In this document: in pieces, positions 1 through 13,035 of the stretch
Layout of the letters: every line of letters starts with the position of its first letter
Position numbering within the stretch: position 1 is the stretch's first letter
Source: Eledone cirrhosa
Lineage: Eukaryota
DNA: 64,000 nucleotides
Assembly (NCBI GenBank): GCA_964016885.1
Contig: OZ024743.1
Span: 19,530,001-19,594,000 of the forward strand
Reading direction: 5' to 3'
The notes under the pieces: generated by a model
What the model was told of the DNA's origin: nothing
What the model saw: only the letters and a program-made list of their open reading frames with translations
Database searches by the model: none
Translations under genes and position numbers: made by a program

Positions 1-10
1 ATATATATAT

Positions 11-2793
11 AACTTTGAATAACTTTGAAATGTTTTGGCCAGTATTGGCCCAGGCCATGTCTAACTTAATAGCACCACCTGGCGAAGTCTTTCAATTCAG
101 GATTTGGGCACCATGGCCCATTCGAGAAGAGAATTACTGTTTGCGGAGACATATCCCGGTGTGGGTGGTTTGTCCGGGATCACTTGGAGGAATTTGTCCA
201 AAGACTTCTTGAATTTTGTGTGGTCAGTTTCTGTTTTGACGTGTCCTGGTGTGATGTTGAAGAGAGCAGGGCCGATTGAGGTGAAATAATTATGCCGTAT
301 TGTTGTTATGAGTTGCGATTTAGATTTTTGAATGGGACGGATAGCACGGGGACCAAGCCTTGGGTGTATCTTGAAGGCGATGCCAACATCATTTGGGCAG
401 TGATGATGGAACATTTTCCACATCATGCAGATAATATAACGCTCACGGCGACGTTGGAGTGAGTAAAGTTTCAGGTTTTCTAATCGACCCCAGTAGTCAA
501 GGTCTGACATGCCATCTATCTTTTTCGTGATTGCCCTTTGAGGAGCTTCAAGTTTCATGATACTTTGTTTCGTGTGGGGAGACCACAGTGGACAACAGTA
601 TTCAAGGTGTGGTCGGGCGAAAGTAGAGAAGAGAAGGATAATGGTGCGGGAATCTCTCGACTGGAAGGTTCTGAGGATCCAGGAACACATTCTGCGGGCC
701 ATGTCAACTTTGCTGCTTATATGCGTGGTCCAGCTTATGTTGCTGTCCACGGTTACTCCCAAGTCTCTGATGTTGTTAGATGCCACGAGAGTTACCCCGG
801 AGGGAAGGGAGTACGGGAGTTTCAGAGCATCCTCTTTTCCAAAGTGGATCAGTTCGAATTTGTCTTCGTTCAGTAACATGTTGTTCTTTTCTGCCCATTG
901 GGTAACAGCCAGTAGGTCTGACTGAAGGCTTATCCGGTCATCCACGCCATTGATGACCTTTTGGAGCTTGGAATCATCAGCGAAAATTTTAATGTTGCTG
1001 TGTTTGATGATGTCAGTGATGTCATTAATATAGATGATGAAGAGAAGTGGGCCCAACTCAGTGCCTTGTGGGACTCCACTACTGACTTTGGCTGGGCTTG
1101 ATTTGACTCCCTCAACTACAACATGTTGGGTTCTGTTTGACAGGAAGCTCTTGATCTACTGCAGCAGCTTTCCAGTGACACCAATATTGGACAGCTTTCT
1201 CAGTAGAATGTTATGATCAACCCTGTCAAAGGCCTTGCTGAAATCAAGGTAGATAACATCAGTGTTGGAACCCTCTCCCAAGGCTCTCAAAATGTCATCA
1301 AAGTGATGCAGTAGCTGCGTCAGGCAATCCCTTCCATTACGGAATCCATGCTGGTTGGAGTTCAGCATATTGTTACTCTCAAGGAAGTGGGTCATTCGCG
1401 ATCTCACCACTCGCTCAAATACCTTAATGATATGAGAGGTGAGTGAGATTGGACGGTAATTCACGGCAAGGGATTTGTTTCCCTTTTTGAAAACTGGGAC
1501 AACAGACTGGGATAGAAGGTTTTCTGGCACATATCCAGCATCCAGTGAGTTCCGCCACAGATTGGCAAGAGGAGATGCAAGTTGGTGTTGACACGCCTTC
1601 AAGACACAAGCAGGGAACCTATCGGGACCTACTGCTGAATTATGCTTGATTTCCTTTATTGCCGCCAAGACATCAGGGGCGCCAAACGTTATGTCCGATA
1701 AGGTGTAATGGGGAGTAACATCGCCGATACAGCCCAGATCGGCCATATCAGGATTGCTGAAAACAGAGCAGTATTGTTTCTGCAGTATCTCACCCATGGT
1801 TTTAGCATTGTCTTGAAGAGTGCCATTTTCATCAATTAGAGGGCCAACAGTAGAGCCAGTGATTTTGTGTTTTTTTGCAAATGAAAAGAACACTTTGGGA
1901 TTGAGTTTGATCTTCTCAATGGCCCAGGCCTCTTCAGCTCTTCTCTGATTGTTGATGAGGGACATTATGTTGTTTTGGAGGTTATGTTTTTTAATCTCTA
2001 GTGATGAAATGGCAGTCAAGTTGATGTGTTGCTGCTGACAGTATTTCAGCTTGTTGATTTTTTTGTTCGTTCTCTTAATTTTTCTGAGGAGCGTTTTTCT
2101 ATTTCTAGGGATTCTGCTCTTAGATTTGTTTATAGTTCTTAATGGGGTGTGTTCAGCACATATGTTTGTAACAGTGTCCACAAATGTCTGCCAGGACTTT
2201 TTGATGTTAGTGGGTGTATGAGTGTGCGTGAAGGACCAGTCGACATGTGCAAGATCATGACTGATCGCTTCCCAGTTTGCATTGTGGAAATCCATAGCGT
2301 CAAACGGATGGACAGGAGAGATGACATTGGGTTTGTATATTGGACGGTGGAATCTCAGATCACAGAGAACCATGTCATGATCAGAGAGTAGAGTTTTCTC
2401 CACTGCAATATTGTGGATATTGTCAGTGTGATTGCTGAAAATTAAGTCTAGGACGTTTTTGTGGCACCTCGTTGGTTCGAGCACCAGTTGGGATAGGAAG
2501 AAATCATCCATGAAGTCAAGAAGCGATTCCACAGCTTCCCTGTCAGAGGTTGAGGCAGAAGAACCTGGTGGCAGGCTGTTTGTGGACCAGTCAACTCCGG
2601 GGAGGTTGAAGTCCCCCATCATTAAGATGTTGTCAGGGTGACACTCTTGGATGAAACACTTTATGCTGTTGAGGCATTCCTTGAAGCATGGTACAGGCGT
2701 TTGGGGTGGCCTATAGAGCCCAACTACTAATAGGTTGTTGGTTTGACTGAATACAGTGACTGCTTCACAGTATCCATTAGTGAATATGTAGTA
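11..2793 (-). mobile_element. 5'-truncated CR1-group (CR1/L2-like) non-LTR retrotransposon embedded in (AT)n
   Basis: APE endonuclease motifs ([29 protein letters not shown]), RT motifs ([30 protein letters not shown]) and C-terminus PDKPPTPGY..NSNSLLEW. The 3' end is a short tandem tail (TTCAAAGTTA)2 running into (TA)n. Confidence 0.9.
97..2790 (-). pseudogene. LINE ORF2 (partial APE endonuclease + reverse transcriptase) with one in-frame TAG
   Basis: ORFs 1156..3543 and 97..1056 are in the same frame. They are separated only by TAG at 1158-1156, where Trp is expected (KLLQ*IKSFL). The YI-rich N-terminus of the long ORF is microsatellite read-through. Confidence 0.85.
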
Positions 2794-3465
<672 letters not shown>

Positions 3466-4074
3466 CATATACTGTATATATGTGTGTTTGTGTGTGTATT
3501 CATGTTTATATAGAGAAGCACAAGCACCCAAACACACACGCACCCACGCACACGCATACTCATAAACAAATATCTATATGCATTTAGTAATTCATGTGAA
3601 TAGATGTTGGCATATGCGCATATACATAAACATGTATGTGTCCACAACTATATCATTAAGAACACTTTTCCATATAGGATACATATTTGTATTAAAAATC
3701 GAACTGTTTGTGTGGAAAATACAATAAATAGAAATTTCAAGTTAAACAATGTAAATATGAAAGATTATGAGAAAGTAAAAAAGGTTCCTACAGATAGGAA
3801 TGTTCCATGTAAGGTTCAGAAATATGTAGATGTTAAATGAAAATACAAAATGGTAGCAAAAGAATGATGATGCACAGGAATATTTAGTATTTAGTTGCAA
3901 CCAGAAATATATCGCTATATCTACATCCTTAGATTAATGTTTCTATTTCGGTAGCTTTTGTCTTTTATATTGATAATCCACAGTTTACGACATTGCTCTG
4001 TAGGATTCTGTTTGTGGAAGTGGCGGGGGGACTCGTTATTTATTTGTTGGTATTTCTTTCTGTGTAATATATGC

Positions 4075-4124
<50 letters not shown>

Positions 4125-4149
4125 ATATATATATATATATATATTAGAA

Positions 4150-4299
4150 AGTGTGGATTTTTTTACAAAATGAAAATTAACCGAGGTCTCCTACACGAGT
4201 GAAAGTATAAGGAAAAAAGATGAAATCGAAAATGCAACTGGAGTCTTTTTTTAAAAACATACTCCAGTTGCATTTTCGATTTCATCTTTTTTCCTTATA
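4150..4299. repeat. Foldback repeat in (AT)n; same family as 35305-35583
   Basis: Perfect 39-bp inverted arms 4206-4244 and 4261-4299 with a 16-bp spacer. The left part (taaccgaggt.tcctacacgagtgaaagtataa...gatgaaat.gaaaatgcaactggagt) recurs at about 35332-35400. Confidence 0.85.
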
Positions 4300-4331
4300 T
4301 ATATACATATATATATATATACATACATACG

Positions 4332-4386
<55 letters not shown>

Positions 4387-5008
4387 TTTGCTTATCCTGT
4401 TCTCTTTATTTATTCATGTTATATTTTTGTTGATAGCTGTCACATTTCATCGTCTAACATTTATCTCTCAAAATGTCATATATGTACATATATAAATATA
4501 TATATATATATGTGTCTGTGTGGATGTGTGGATGTATGTATGATTATTTATATAGAGAGGGATATAGATAGATAGATAGGTAGGTAGAAAGAAAGAAAAA
4601 GAAAGAAAGAAAGAGAGAGAAATCGAGAGAGAGAGAAAGAGGCGTGGCCTTGACCAAAATAGATAAAAACCTGACAGAAAATCGAAAGTTATATATATAT
4701 ATATGTGTGTGAGTGTGTGTGTGTGTGAGAGAGAGATAGAGAGAGAGATTCCACGTTCGTGTATGTGTGTGTAACTGTGCGTGTGTTTGTAGGTGTGTAA
4801 TGGATATTGATGGTTAAAGAAACGTCAGAGAAAAGGTAGATCAAACTAAATGACTCAAAGCATGGTTAACTAAGTTAAAACATTTATGTAAAGTCTTTTA
4901 CATATCCCATATTGTTACATTCCAGATGAAACCTTTCAAAGCATTGTAAAGATGATAAAGGAGTTTCTCTATAGATGGGGAATAGTGTGAAAGTTGATGG
5001 TGGACGGG

Positions 5009-5135
5009 CAGGGGTGGTGAAAATTGGTGGTGGGTGGCAGTGGGTCCATGACCCCCATAATGAATATATTTTTATCCCCAAACTACCGAAAGACACATCT
5101 ATTTGTATATGCTCTACAATTTATGTACATGTTAT
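5009..5135 (+). mobile_element. Left part of a hAT-like MITE, homologous to 12119-12285
   Basis: Starts CAGGGGTGGTGAAAATTG (compare CAGTGGCGGTGGAATTG at 12119) and shares caatttatgtacatgttat with 12149-12167. Confidence 0.5.
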
Positions 5136-5441
5136 GTAGAGACAAATGGGAGAGATAGATGTAGATATAGAGAGGGGGTGGATATGGTTGAAATTGATAT
5201 AAATTAATATTATTTGCCACCAGGGCATCAAAGTTTGGGACAAGTACAAAGGGGGGAGTTTACACAAATTTAAAAAGATGTGTAAAAAACATATAACAAA
5301 TTAAATTTAACAATCGATGTCCTCAATAGGGAGGGGCGTTGACATGGGTCGCACACACCCCCGAAAAAATGTGCAACCCTCCTCTTCAGCAGCACAAAGA
5401 GCGGGTGCTTCCTTCCTCTTCTCATTCTTCTCCTCTCTCAC

Positions 5442-8400
5442 CTACAGGCTGATATAGAGAGAAGGCCCATTCACTCGGGCCATTCTTGCTACTTTCACCC
5501 ACCTTTCATAAAACTTGCTGGGGTAGAGCACCTCTCTCTCCATTCTGATCCTTCTTATAAAGTGGTACTTGAAAAGAAAGACCAGTTGTTGGCCGGAGAG
5601 AAAGGTGTCTGACCTCAGCCCTTTCAACCTTGTCCACCATACAACTTCTTTCGCCATAGCTATCACATAGAGGAAAACCGCCTCTCCTTCGTTTTTGAAA
5701 AGGGGAGACGGTTTGATCGTGACAATGTTCTCGGTGGTCAACCGGATTGGTCGCACCGGCGACAGTAGTCGTTCCACATAGCCCCACAGGTCAGCAACGC
5801 CCGGGAAGTGTACGAATGCGTGTGCGACGGTTTACTCGTCACGCACGCATCGGACAGATCTTCTTCGAGGGGTCCCTACCCGGGCGCCCGTGTCTGTAGA
5901 GCTTGTCCCGAACGGGTAGAGTTCCTCGGTAACATTTCCAAGCCAGGGACTTTTGGAAATTGTCCATCGGTCCCGAGCCAAACGTCCTACCGAACAGACT
6001 GGCCAGCTCATCTTCCTCCATGCCCAGAGCCTCTCCGAGAGCGTCGTCGCACTTACTGCGCACCAATCCTCTGTAGAATGTTGAGGTTGAGTCTCCACTG
6101 ATTGCCGGATCCGCTTGCAAGAGGGCCGTGAGCGCCTGGGCACATACAATGTGCCAGTCGCCGACTTTTATCGGTCTTTGCTTGACCCAGGATTGCAGCT
6201 CGGTGAGTGAGACGAGTCTCGGAAAGGTTCGCCTCACAAACAGGGCCCACACCGGCAGACCGGTGAGGAATACCTGGAGGTGCCGTAGCCTTAATGCGTG
6301 TCTACGCATCGTCAGACACGGCAACCCCAGCCCTCCGTTCGAAGGGTGTTGACAGCAGATGGATCTTCTCACCAAAGGAGCCCGCTTCTTCCAAAGAAAT
6401 CGGAAGAGCGCGCGCTCCATTTTGGCGAGTGTTTTCTCTGGGCAAGGCACGACGGTAAAGCGGTAGTATATGACGGACGCTATATAAGCGTTCGCCACCT
6501 CCGCTCGACCTTTCAGTGATAGTTTGCACTCGACCCACTTCTGGGCGAGTGCAAACACCTTTCCCGTTACCTCGTCCCAGTTTTTCTCCACCTGGAGGTC
6601 CGGTCCGAACCAGACCCCGAGCAGCTTCACCGGGCCCTCCGTCCAGCATCCGACGATGCTGTCAGAGGGCATCGTTTTGCCCCTCCACGTCCCGAGTTGC
6701 AAACCGACGGACTTTTCCCGCTTCAGCTTGGTTCCTGTGAACCTTTCATATTCCTCCAGTAAGGTGCCGATCTGCCCGATTTCCGAGGCACACGACACCA
6801 TTACTGTCACGTCATCGGCGTAGGCCGACACCGCTTTCCGCAATCCCGGTTCCAAGGGGATGCCCTGCAACAGCTCCAGCTTCCGCAGTAGTGGCTCGAG
6901 AGCCAGCACATACAGGAGGGGGGAGAGAGAGCATCCCTGTCGGATGGATCGCGTGATTTGGAACGGCTCCGAGAGGTAGCCGTTCACCTTGACCCTTGAG
7001 CAGGTGTTGCTGCTGTGCATTGCAGCAATCCAGCCCCTGAAAACGGGTCCGAAACCTGCCGCCGCGAGCACCGCATCCAGGTACCGATGGTCAACCCTAT
7101 CGAATGCCTCAGATTGATCCAAGTTGATCAGGGCCCCACCAAAGCCGGGTTCGTTCCCTACCCTCTCTACGATGTATCGCATGAGGTGGAGGTTGTCGTG
7201 TATGGACCTGGACGAGATTGCGCATGTCTGCGCTTCTCCCACCAGGTTCCCAACGACAAGCGCCAACCTCTTCGCTAACACCTTGGCGAAAATCTTTAAC
7301 TCTGTGAGTTATGGGCCTGAAGTTATCTATGTCATCCCCCTTGTTCTCGTCCTTCCACACCCGCGTGACTACGCCCTTGGTCACAGAACTGGGAATTCTC
7401 CCGTTCTGTTGCCAGTTGCAGTAGACCGCCTAGAGGAGACCGGAGAACAAGCCCGGCATCGCTACATAAATTCGTATGGTAGACCATCGAGACCCGGAGA
7501 TTTGCGTTTGCCGCATTGGTTCAGCGCTTCCCCTATTTCAGCGGCTGAAATCGGCCTCTCGCAGGACTTCGCCTCCCCGTCCGAGAGCCGCGCCAGACCG
7601 TCGGGGTATGGACCGAAATCCATGACCCCACCCGGCCCGCCGCGCCTCCCGAACAGTCGTGCAAAGCGCCGTTGAAAGGCCGCGCTCATCCGCTCAGGTT
7701 CAAGGATCACTCGTCCATCCTGGTCCTTCAAAGACCGAATTGTGGACTTGTTTCCACTTTTTGTCTCTGTCACTCGGGCCCAGCTAACAACTTTGGCTCC
7801 CTCGTTACCCAGAGCACGTATTTTACTCCTGACAACGCAGCCCTCGTGCTTAGCATCAAAGAACTGGTCTAGGGCCGTTCTTGACGCCAGCACGCGGGCC
7901 ATGTTGCCACTCCTAATCGCCTCTTCTACTCTATTTGTTAATTCGCTTTCAGTTCTATCTATTCCTATCTGATGCTAATTCCCGACTAAAACCTATCGAT
8001 TATATTCTAATTTCTCTCTTGAGAGAGCCCCACCACCTGCTGTTGACAATTGCCCCCGTCAAACGCTGCTTAACTAGTATGCTAATCCGCTTATTGTCAG
8101 CTTTGTTTGTCGGTAAAGACAAGTTTAGCTTCCAGTAACCGGGTCCCTGTCTATGAGTTCTATCAAGGTTGACCACTCCGGTCACCAACTTGTGATCCGA
8201 ATAGTCAATCATGATCATTCGTGGACAGCTTAATATGTCACTGTCCTTATTTCTAACTAGGAACCTATCTAGGTACGACCTAGATGTTCCGCTGCGATTA
8301 CTCCACGTCCACAGTGACACAGTCGGAAAATCTAGTCGATATCTACCGGCCAGATCAAATCGGCCGATTAATCGTTTGAGGCTGTTACACCCCCTCTATC

Positions 8401-8860
8401 GGGACATGCCCCTACTTAGACCCAACGTGCATCCAGGATACCATTCCAGTCCCCCACTAAAAGCAAGGAGCGAGACGTTCCCAGGAAATTCTCCAGGCGT
8501 CGGAAGAAGTCCAGTCGCGGTGTCCCAGATGGGGCATACGCTGCCACCAGCCTGAAAGCTCCACCTTCACCACTGCCGACGTCTAAAACCACCAGTCGAC
8601 CCTTCGGGTCCAGGTGTACCTTCTGTGTGGCAAGACCCAGGTATTTTCGCAGCAGAACTACAACCCCACGGCTGACAGAGAGATGTGTAGATCTCAAAGT
8701 CGCCGAAGATGGGGGCCAGCTGGCGCTCGCTGCTGATCCTGGACTCGCAAATAACCATTACATCCATTCTGTGCGACCTGAGGACATTTAAGAGTTTGCG
8801 CTGTTTCCAGGACATCTCCAGGCCGCGTACATTCACACATCCAACTCTTATATTGGCCAT
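5442..8860 (-). pseudogene. Tx1-type ORF2 (APE endonuclease, RT, C-terminal zinc finger) with multiple frameshifts
   Basis: MANIRVGCVNVRGL start; LVGDWNGILD, SRSYLDRFL, YSDHKLV, GPGYWKLN, KSPGLDGLP, LDQSEAFDRVDH, RQGCSLSPLLY, SAYADDVT. Confidence 0.9.
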
Positions 8861-8899
8861 GTTGGTGCTGAAGAGTTAAAAAGGAAGAGGAAAGGAAAT

Positions 8900-10731
8900 T
8901 ACTTACCTCTTCGTCTCCTGGGGACCAGGCTGCACAATTTCCATGGGGGTGTTGGAAGGGTTGTTTGGTAGGGGGCGGTTTGTGGTGGGGTGAGGACATC
9001 AGTGTGTGGTGGGATTAGGGTGTTTGGTGGGGTGTGGGTGTCTGGTGTGGGGGTGGGAAACATCTCAATAGGACGTGGTTAAGTGGTTTGGTGCAATTGG
9101 TCCCCACATGCATTGGATGGTTCTTTTTCAAAGTTACATAGGTTTCCGTTGGGACCCTAATCATCATTAGGTGCGGTTTGCTCGCTGCGTAGGTGAAAGT
9201 GATCCCTTCGGTTTCCACCGAAGGGTTATTTTCTATTGGTTTCAATCAACATTTTATTGTTCTTGTTAATGTATGTATAGAGTTTTTGTTTTGTTGTGTT
9301 TGTTTTTGTTTGTTGTTCTTGTGCGTGTTTGCGTTTTGTAGTATGTGTTATGTTTTGGCGAGGGGTGGGTTTTTTTGTTTGGGATGTTTGTTCTGTTTGT
9401 GCTGGTGGTTGTGTGTTTGTAGCATTTTTGTTAATGTGGTGCCTTTTTTTTTCCTTTCCACCTGTTGAAAGGGTTCTCCCTCGTCGTCACTGGGTGACGT
9501 TGATACGGAGTCCTCTTCCGTGTTGTTGGGGAGGGGTATATTTTGGGGTTTTGTTGTGGTTGCTTTTGTATTTGTTTTAGGTGGGAAGGGGTTGGGTGGA
9601 ACAGTGTCTTGTGTTGTTATTTTTCCGTGTTGTTGTGGTTGTTGTTGTTGTGGTGGTGGTGATGGTTGTGGTGGTGGTGGTGGTGGTGGTGGTTGTGTTG
9701 TTGTGTTCGAGGTTGGCAGAAGTGCCTTTTTGGGGGGACTCGTTAATTGAGGGTAGGCAGCATTCAGGTGACCCCTGCTTAAGCAGTGGTAACATGACGG
9801 CCGCCTTCCCTCCACTGAAATGTTTATATAATTTAGCCCGTCCAGAGGCACGCGTTGTGGGATATTCGCTATTCGTTCTGGGCTCATTTGCACCAGAACT
9901 TCTACGGTGGTCCCACCAAATACACCTCCGGAGGACTTTCCTATTTAAATTATCTTGTCTTGATCAAAGTCAATGATTCCACATAGTATCCACCAAATAT
10001 TTACATTTGGTGTGATATCATTATTTTTATTCTTTGTGTCCTTTTTCCCCTGTATGTGGGGAAAAAGGTGAAACGGGGGGACACAATGGGTAATACCGAC
10101 TACTTTTGTGCTGTTGACTGGTTGTTCATTAGCACCGAAATGCTACCAAACAGTTTACCTTTTTGTATGAAGGTTATGTCCTTCATTGCATCTTTTAGAA
10201 CCAGCTCAATTTCATTTTGTGATAATTGAGCTGGTTTTCTTGTTTCGTTCGATATTGTCCTGAAAACCACAGTTTTCAGGACAGCCTCTCTACGTAATTC
10301 CTGTGGAGAATTGATGGTAAAAGCACCGTTTTCGCCAAAAGTCACGAATTGTTTTGCGTCTTGTAATAGTTGTTTAGCATTTGTTATGTCTATTAGCGTG
10401 TATAGTTCGTTTTTTTTACAGTCTGTGCAAATGTTGTTTTGGTCTTGTTGTCTTTTTTGTTGCTGTTGTTGTTGTCACTGTTGGTAATATTGTTCATGTT
10501 TTCCTTGGTGTTGCTATTGTTGCAGTTGTTGGTTGTGGTGTTATTGTCATTGTTCTTGTTGTTGGTGCTGGTATTATTTACCGGGTTTGGTTTCGTGGTT
10601 TCAATATTTTCAACGTTTTTCCATAATGCGAGGGGGGAAGGCTGAAAGCTTTGTACTCCTACCTTCCCTCCACCACTTTTCTTAGTGGGCGTGGCACTCA
10701 CAACAGTGTGCGAGGTGGAAATGGCATCCAT
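8900..10731 (-). pseudogene. Tx1-type ORF1 (low-complexity N-terminus, degenerate CCHC knuckle), disrupted
   Basis: Fragments 10393..10731, 10100..10345, 9348..9893 (SVEGRRPSCYHCLSRGHLNAAYP) and 9015..9245, lying upstream of ORF2. Confidence 0.75.
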
Positions 10732-10944
10732 TGCTGACTACCAAATCTACACAGTTTTGAGATGAAAATGAAAATTTCGCCCCAGAAAGGGGCGAAAATT
10801 AGTTGACTCAACGTCTGAAGTCCCAGGCAAGGAGTTAAACTAAACAATGCTATTAAATTTAGCAATGAACTCACAGTTTTTTTTACAATAATCCGTAAAA
10901 GTCCGGAGCGAAGTAATAAGTAATTCACGTCTATATCAAGTGGT

Positions 10945-11430
10945 AATTGATATAGAGAGGAGGATTGGAAGAGAGTTCCTTATAGTAGATAGAGAGGGTG
11001 AGAGTTTAGTGTTAATTAATATAGAGAGGAGTATTGGAAGTGAGTTCCGTATACTAGATATAGAGAGGGGGAGAGTTGGTATCAGTTCATTTAGAGAGAG
11101 GCATTGGAAGTGAGTACCATGTAGTAGACATAGAGAGGGGGAGAATTTGGTGGTTGTAGCTATACAGAGAGTGATAATGGGAGAGTGCCGTGTAGTAGAT
11201 ATACAGAGGGTGAGAGTTTAGGGCTGATTGATACACAAGGGGGATGGGAGAGATATGTGTAGATATTTATAAAGAGTTAGAGAGTGTATTAGCCTTGGAT
11301 ATAGAGAGTCGGATATGAGAGGCCTTGTCGTGGTAGATATAAAGTGGGGTGGAGTTTGGTTTTAGGAGATACAGAGAGGGAGATTAAAAGAGAGTTTCAT
11401 GTGATAGAGAGGAGGAGAGTTTGGTATTAC
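10945..11430. repeat. Degenerate ~30-bp GA-rich minisatellite (gtagatatagagagggggagagtt...)
   Basis: About 15 imperfect units. The same motif lies at 5136-5201, on the other side of Tx1 copy A. Confidence 0.8.
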
Positions 11431-11923
11431 TATCGGGTCCCAAATAATATGAGGAGGCATATTGCGGGGTGGGGGCTTGAGAAATCAGTAATTGTATAGT
11501 GTACATTTGTAAATATGAGATTTCTTGTAATGTTCTTTGTTTGTCATATATAATGTTTTTTTAATGTGAAATAAAATTATCATTAGATTCTCCAGCTGCT
11601 CTATCAATATGAATCACTTACAATAACATTTCGCCGGAGATAGATTAGAAAAATGTAATAAGTGGGTGGGTGTATGGGTGCAAGCAAAACCAGTGGGTGG
11701 ATCTGACAAATTATTAAGCGCGGGGGGGGGGGGTACGTGAATTATTGGTGGACGTAAGAATGAAAACTCCATACCAAAATAGAGTTTAAATATTCATTTA
11801 TTATGACTAAGCCTTGTTACTTTGGAGTTTGACCTGCGTACTCACCAGGCAAGTCTGGTTATCCCGTGACTGCGCAGGGGAATAATTAGAGTAACAAAGC
11901 TCACCAATAGCCATAATAAATGA

Positions 11924-12008
<85 letters not shown>

Positions 12009-12118
12009 AGATGAATAAATTGGGTATAATACCAGTTTCTTACTAAATGAGAAGCTCGATATATTAACCCTTAGGAAAGGAAAAAGAGCATAATTTTCTT
12101 TTATTATATATATATATA

Positions 12119-12285
12119 CAGTGGCGGTGGAATTGTGGATATGCACTGCAATTTATGTACATGTTATTTTTATCGCTTATCGAAGTTTTCTGACAATTTT
12201 AGAGGGCATAGAGCTAAACTAATCACTACAACTAGATTGTCCAGATTTGGCCTCCCACAATTCATAAATGCTTCCACCGCCCCTG
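12119..12285. mobile_element. hAT-like MITE (167 bp)
   Basis: 14-bp TIRs CAGTGGCGGTGGAA / TTCCACCGCCCCTG with one mismatch; no clear 8-bp TSD. Confidence 0.6.
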
Positions 12286-12970
12286 AAGTGGCATGTGAAT
12301 AGTAAATAAGAACGTATTTATGCAGTCTGAAAGTTTAGGAGAAACAATTATGAATTTGTTTTATTTGTTGTACAAATACGTCTGTCTAGGTAGCTGATTG
12401 GTATATTGAAATGGGAACCATTGAATAGAATGTTCCTGTTACTATTGCAAAGGAAATAAATTGTTACTCGTTTAAAAGGTTAAGAATTTGTGAATTTTGG
12501 AAATTTGAAATTAATGTCCATCGGCATCGCGAGCTGGAATGGCTCTTCTAGAGCGTTTCTTCTCACCTTGCTCCGGGGAAACGACTTCTCTATTCTGTCC
12601 GCCGGGGCCGCTGGGCAGCCAGTCTGCCGGGGCCGCAGGGCGGTCAGCGTGTGGGCCCCTATTTGCTCATAATATTGATAGACGGGAAGAGTTGGAGAGA
12701 TGGAGCTAGTAATTTATGGGAGTTTATGTGTTCGGACCTGGTGTATATATGTGTTTATAAATGAGAATGAATTTATTTTCTGAGATAAATATTTGTGATA
12801 TTAGCTGCCTTAATTGATACCTTCAAACTGGTGTCTAATGATAAGGTTTTTACGCTCAACTAAGATGTGTGGATTGAAAACAGAATCCCTATAATATTAA
12901 GTGGCTTCGGAATGATAAAAAGATGTGTGGTATAAATATTTAGTTTTTAAAATATGTAACGCTTACAATG

Positions 12971-13035
<65 letters not shown>

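Larger units (their letters stand above)
5202..10944 (-). mobile_element. Full-length, degenerate L1/Tx1-type LINE (copy A)
   Basis: 5'UTR, ORF1 with zinc-knuckle relic, ORF2 APE-RT-CCHC, and a 3'UTR matching copy B (ggtggcaaataa). Candidate 10-bp TSD AATTGATATA at 5192-5201 and 10945-10954. Confidence 0.9.

Noticed and set aside
10945-11430. CRISPR-like regularly spaced repeats
   Set aside because: Degenerate tandem minisatellite without unique spacers; eukaryotic context and no cas genes.
5117-12167. 19-bp direct repeat CAATTTATGTACATGTTAT as TSD of a 7-kb insertion
   Set aside because: Similarity extends upstream to similar CAG(T/G)GG termini, so two copies of one MITE family explain it better.
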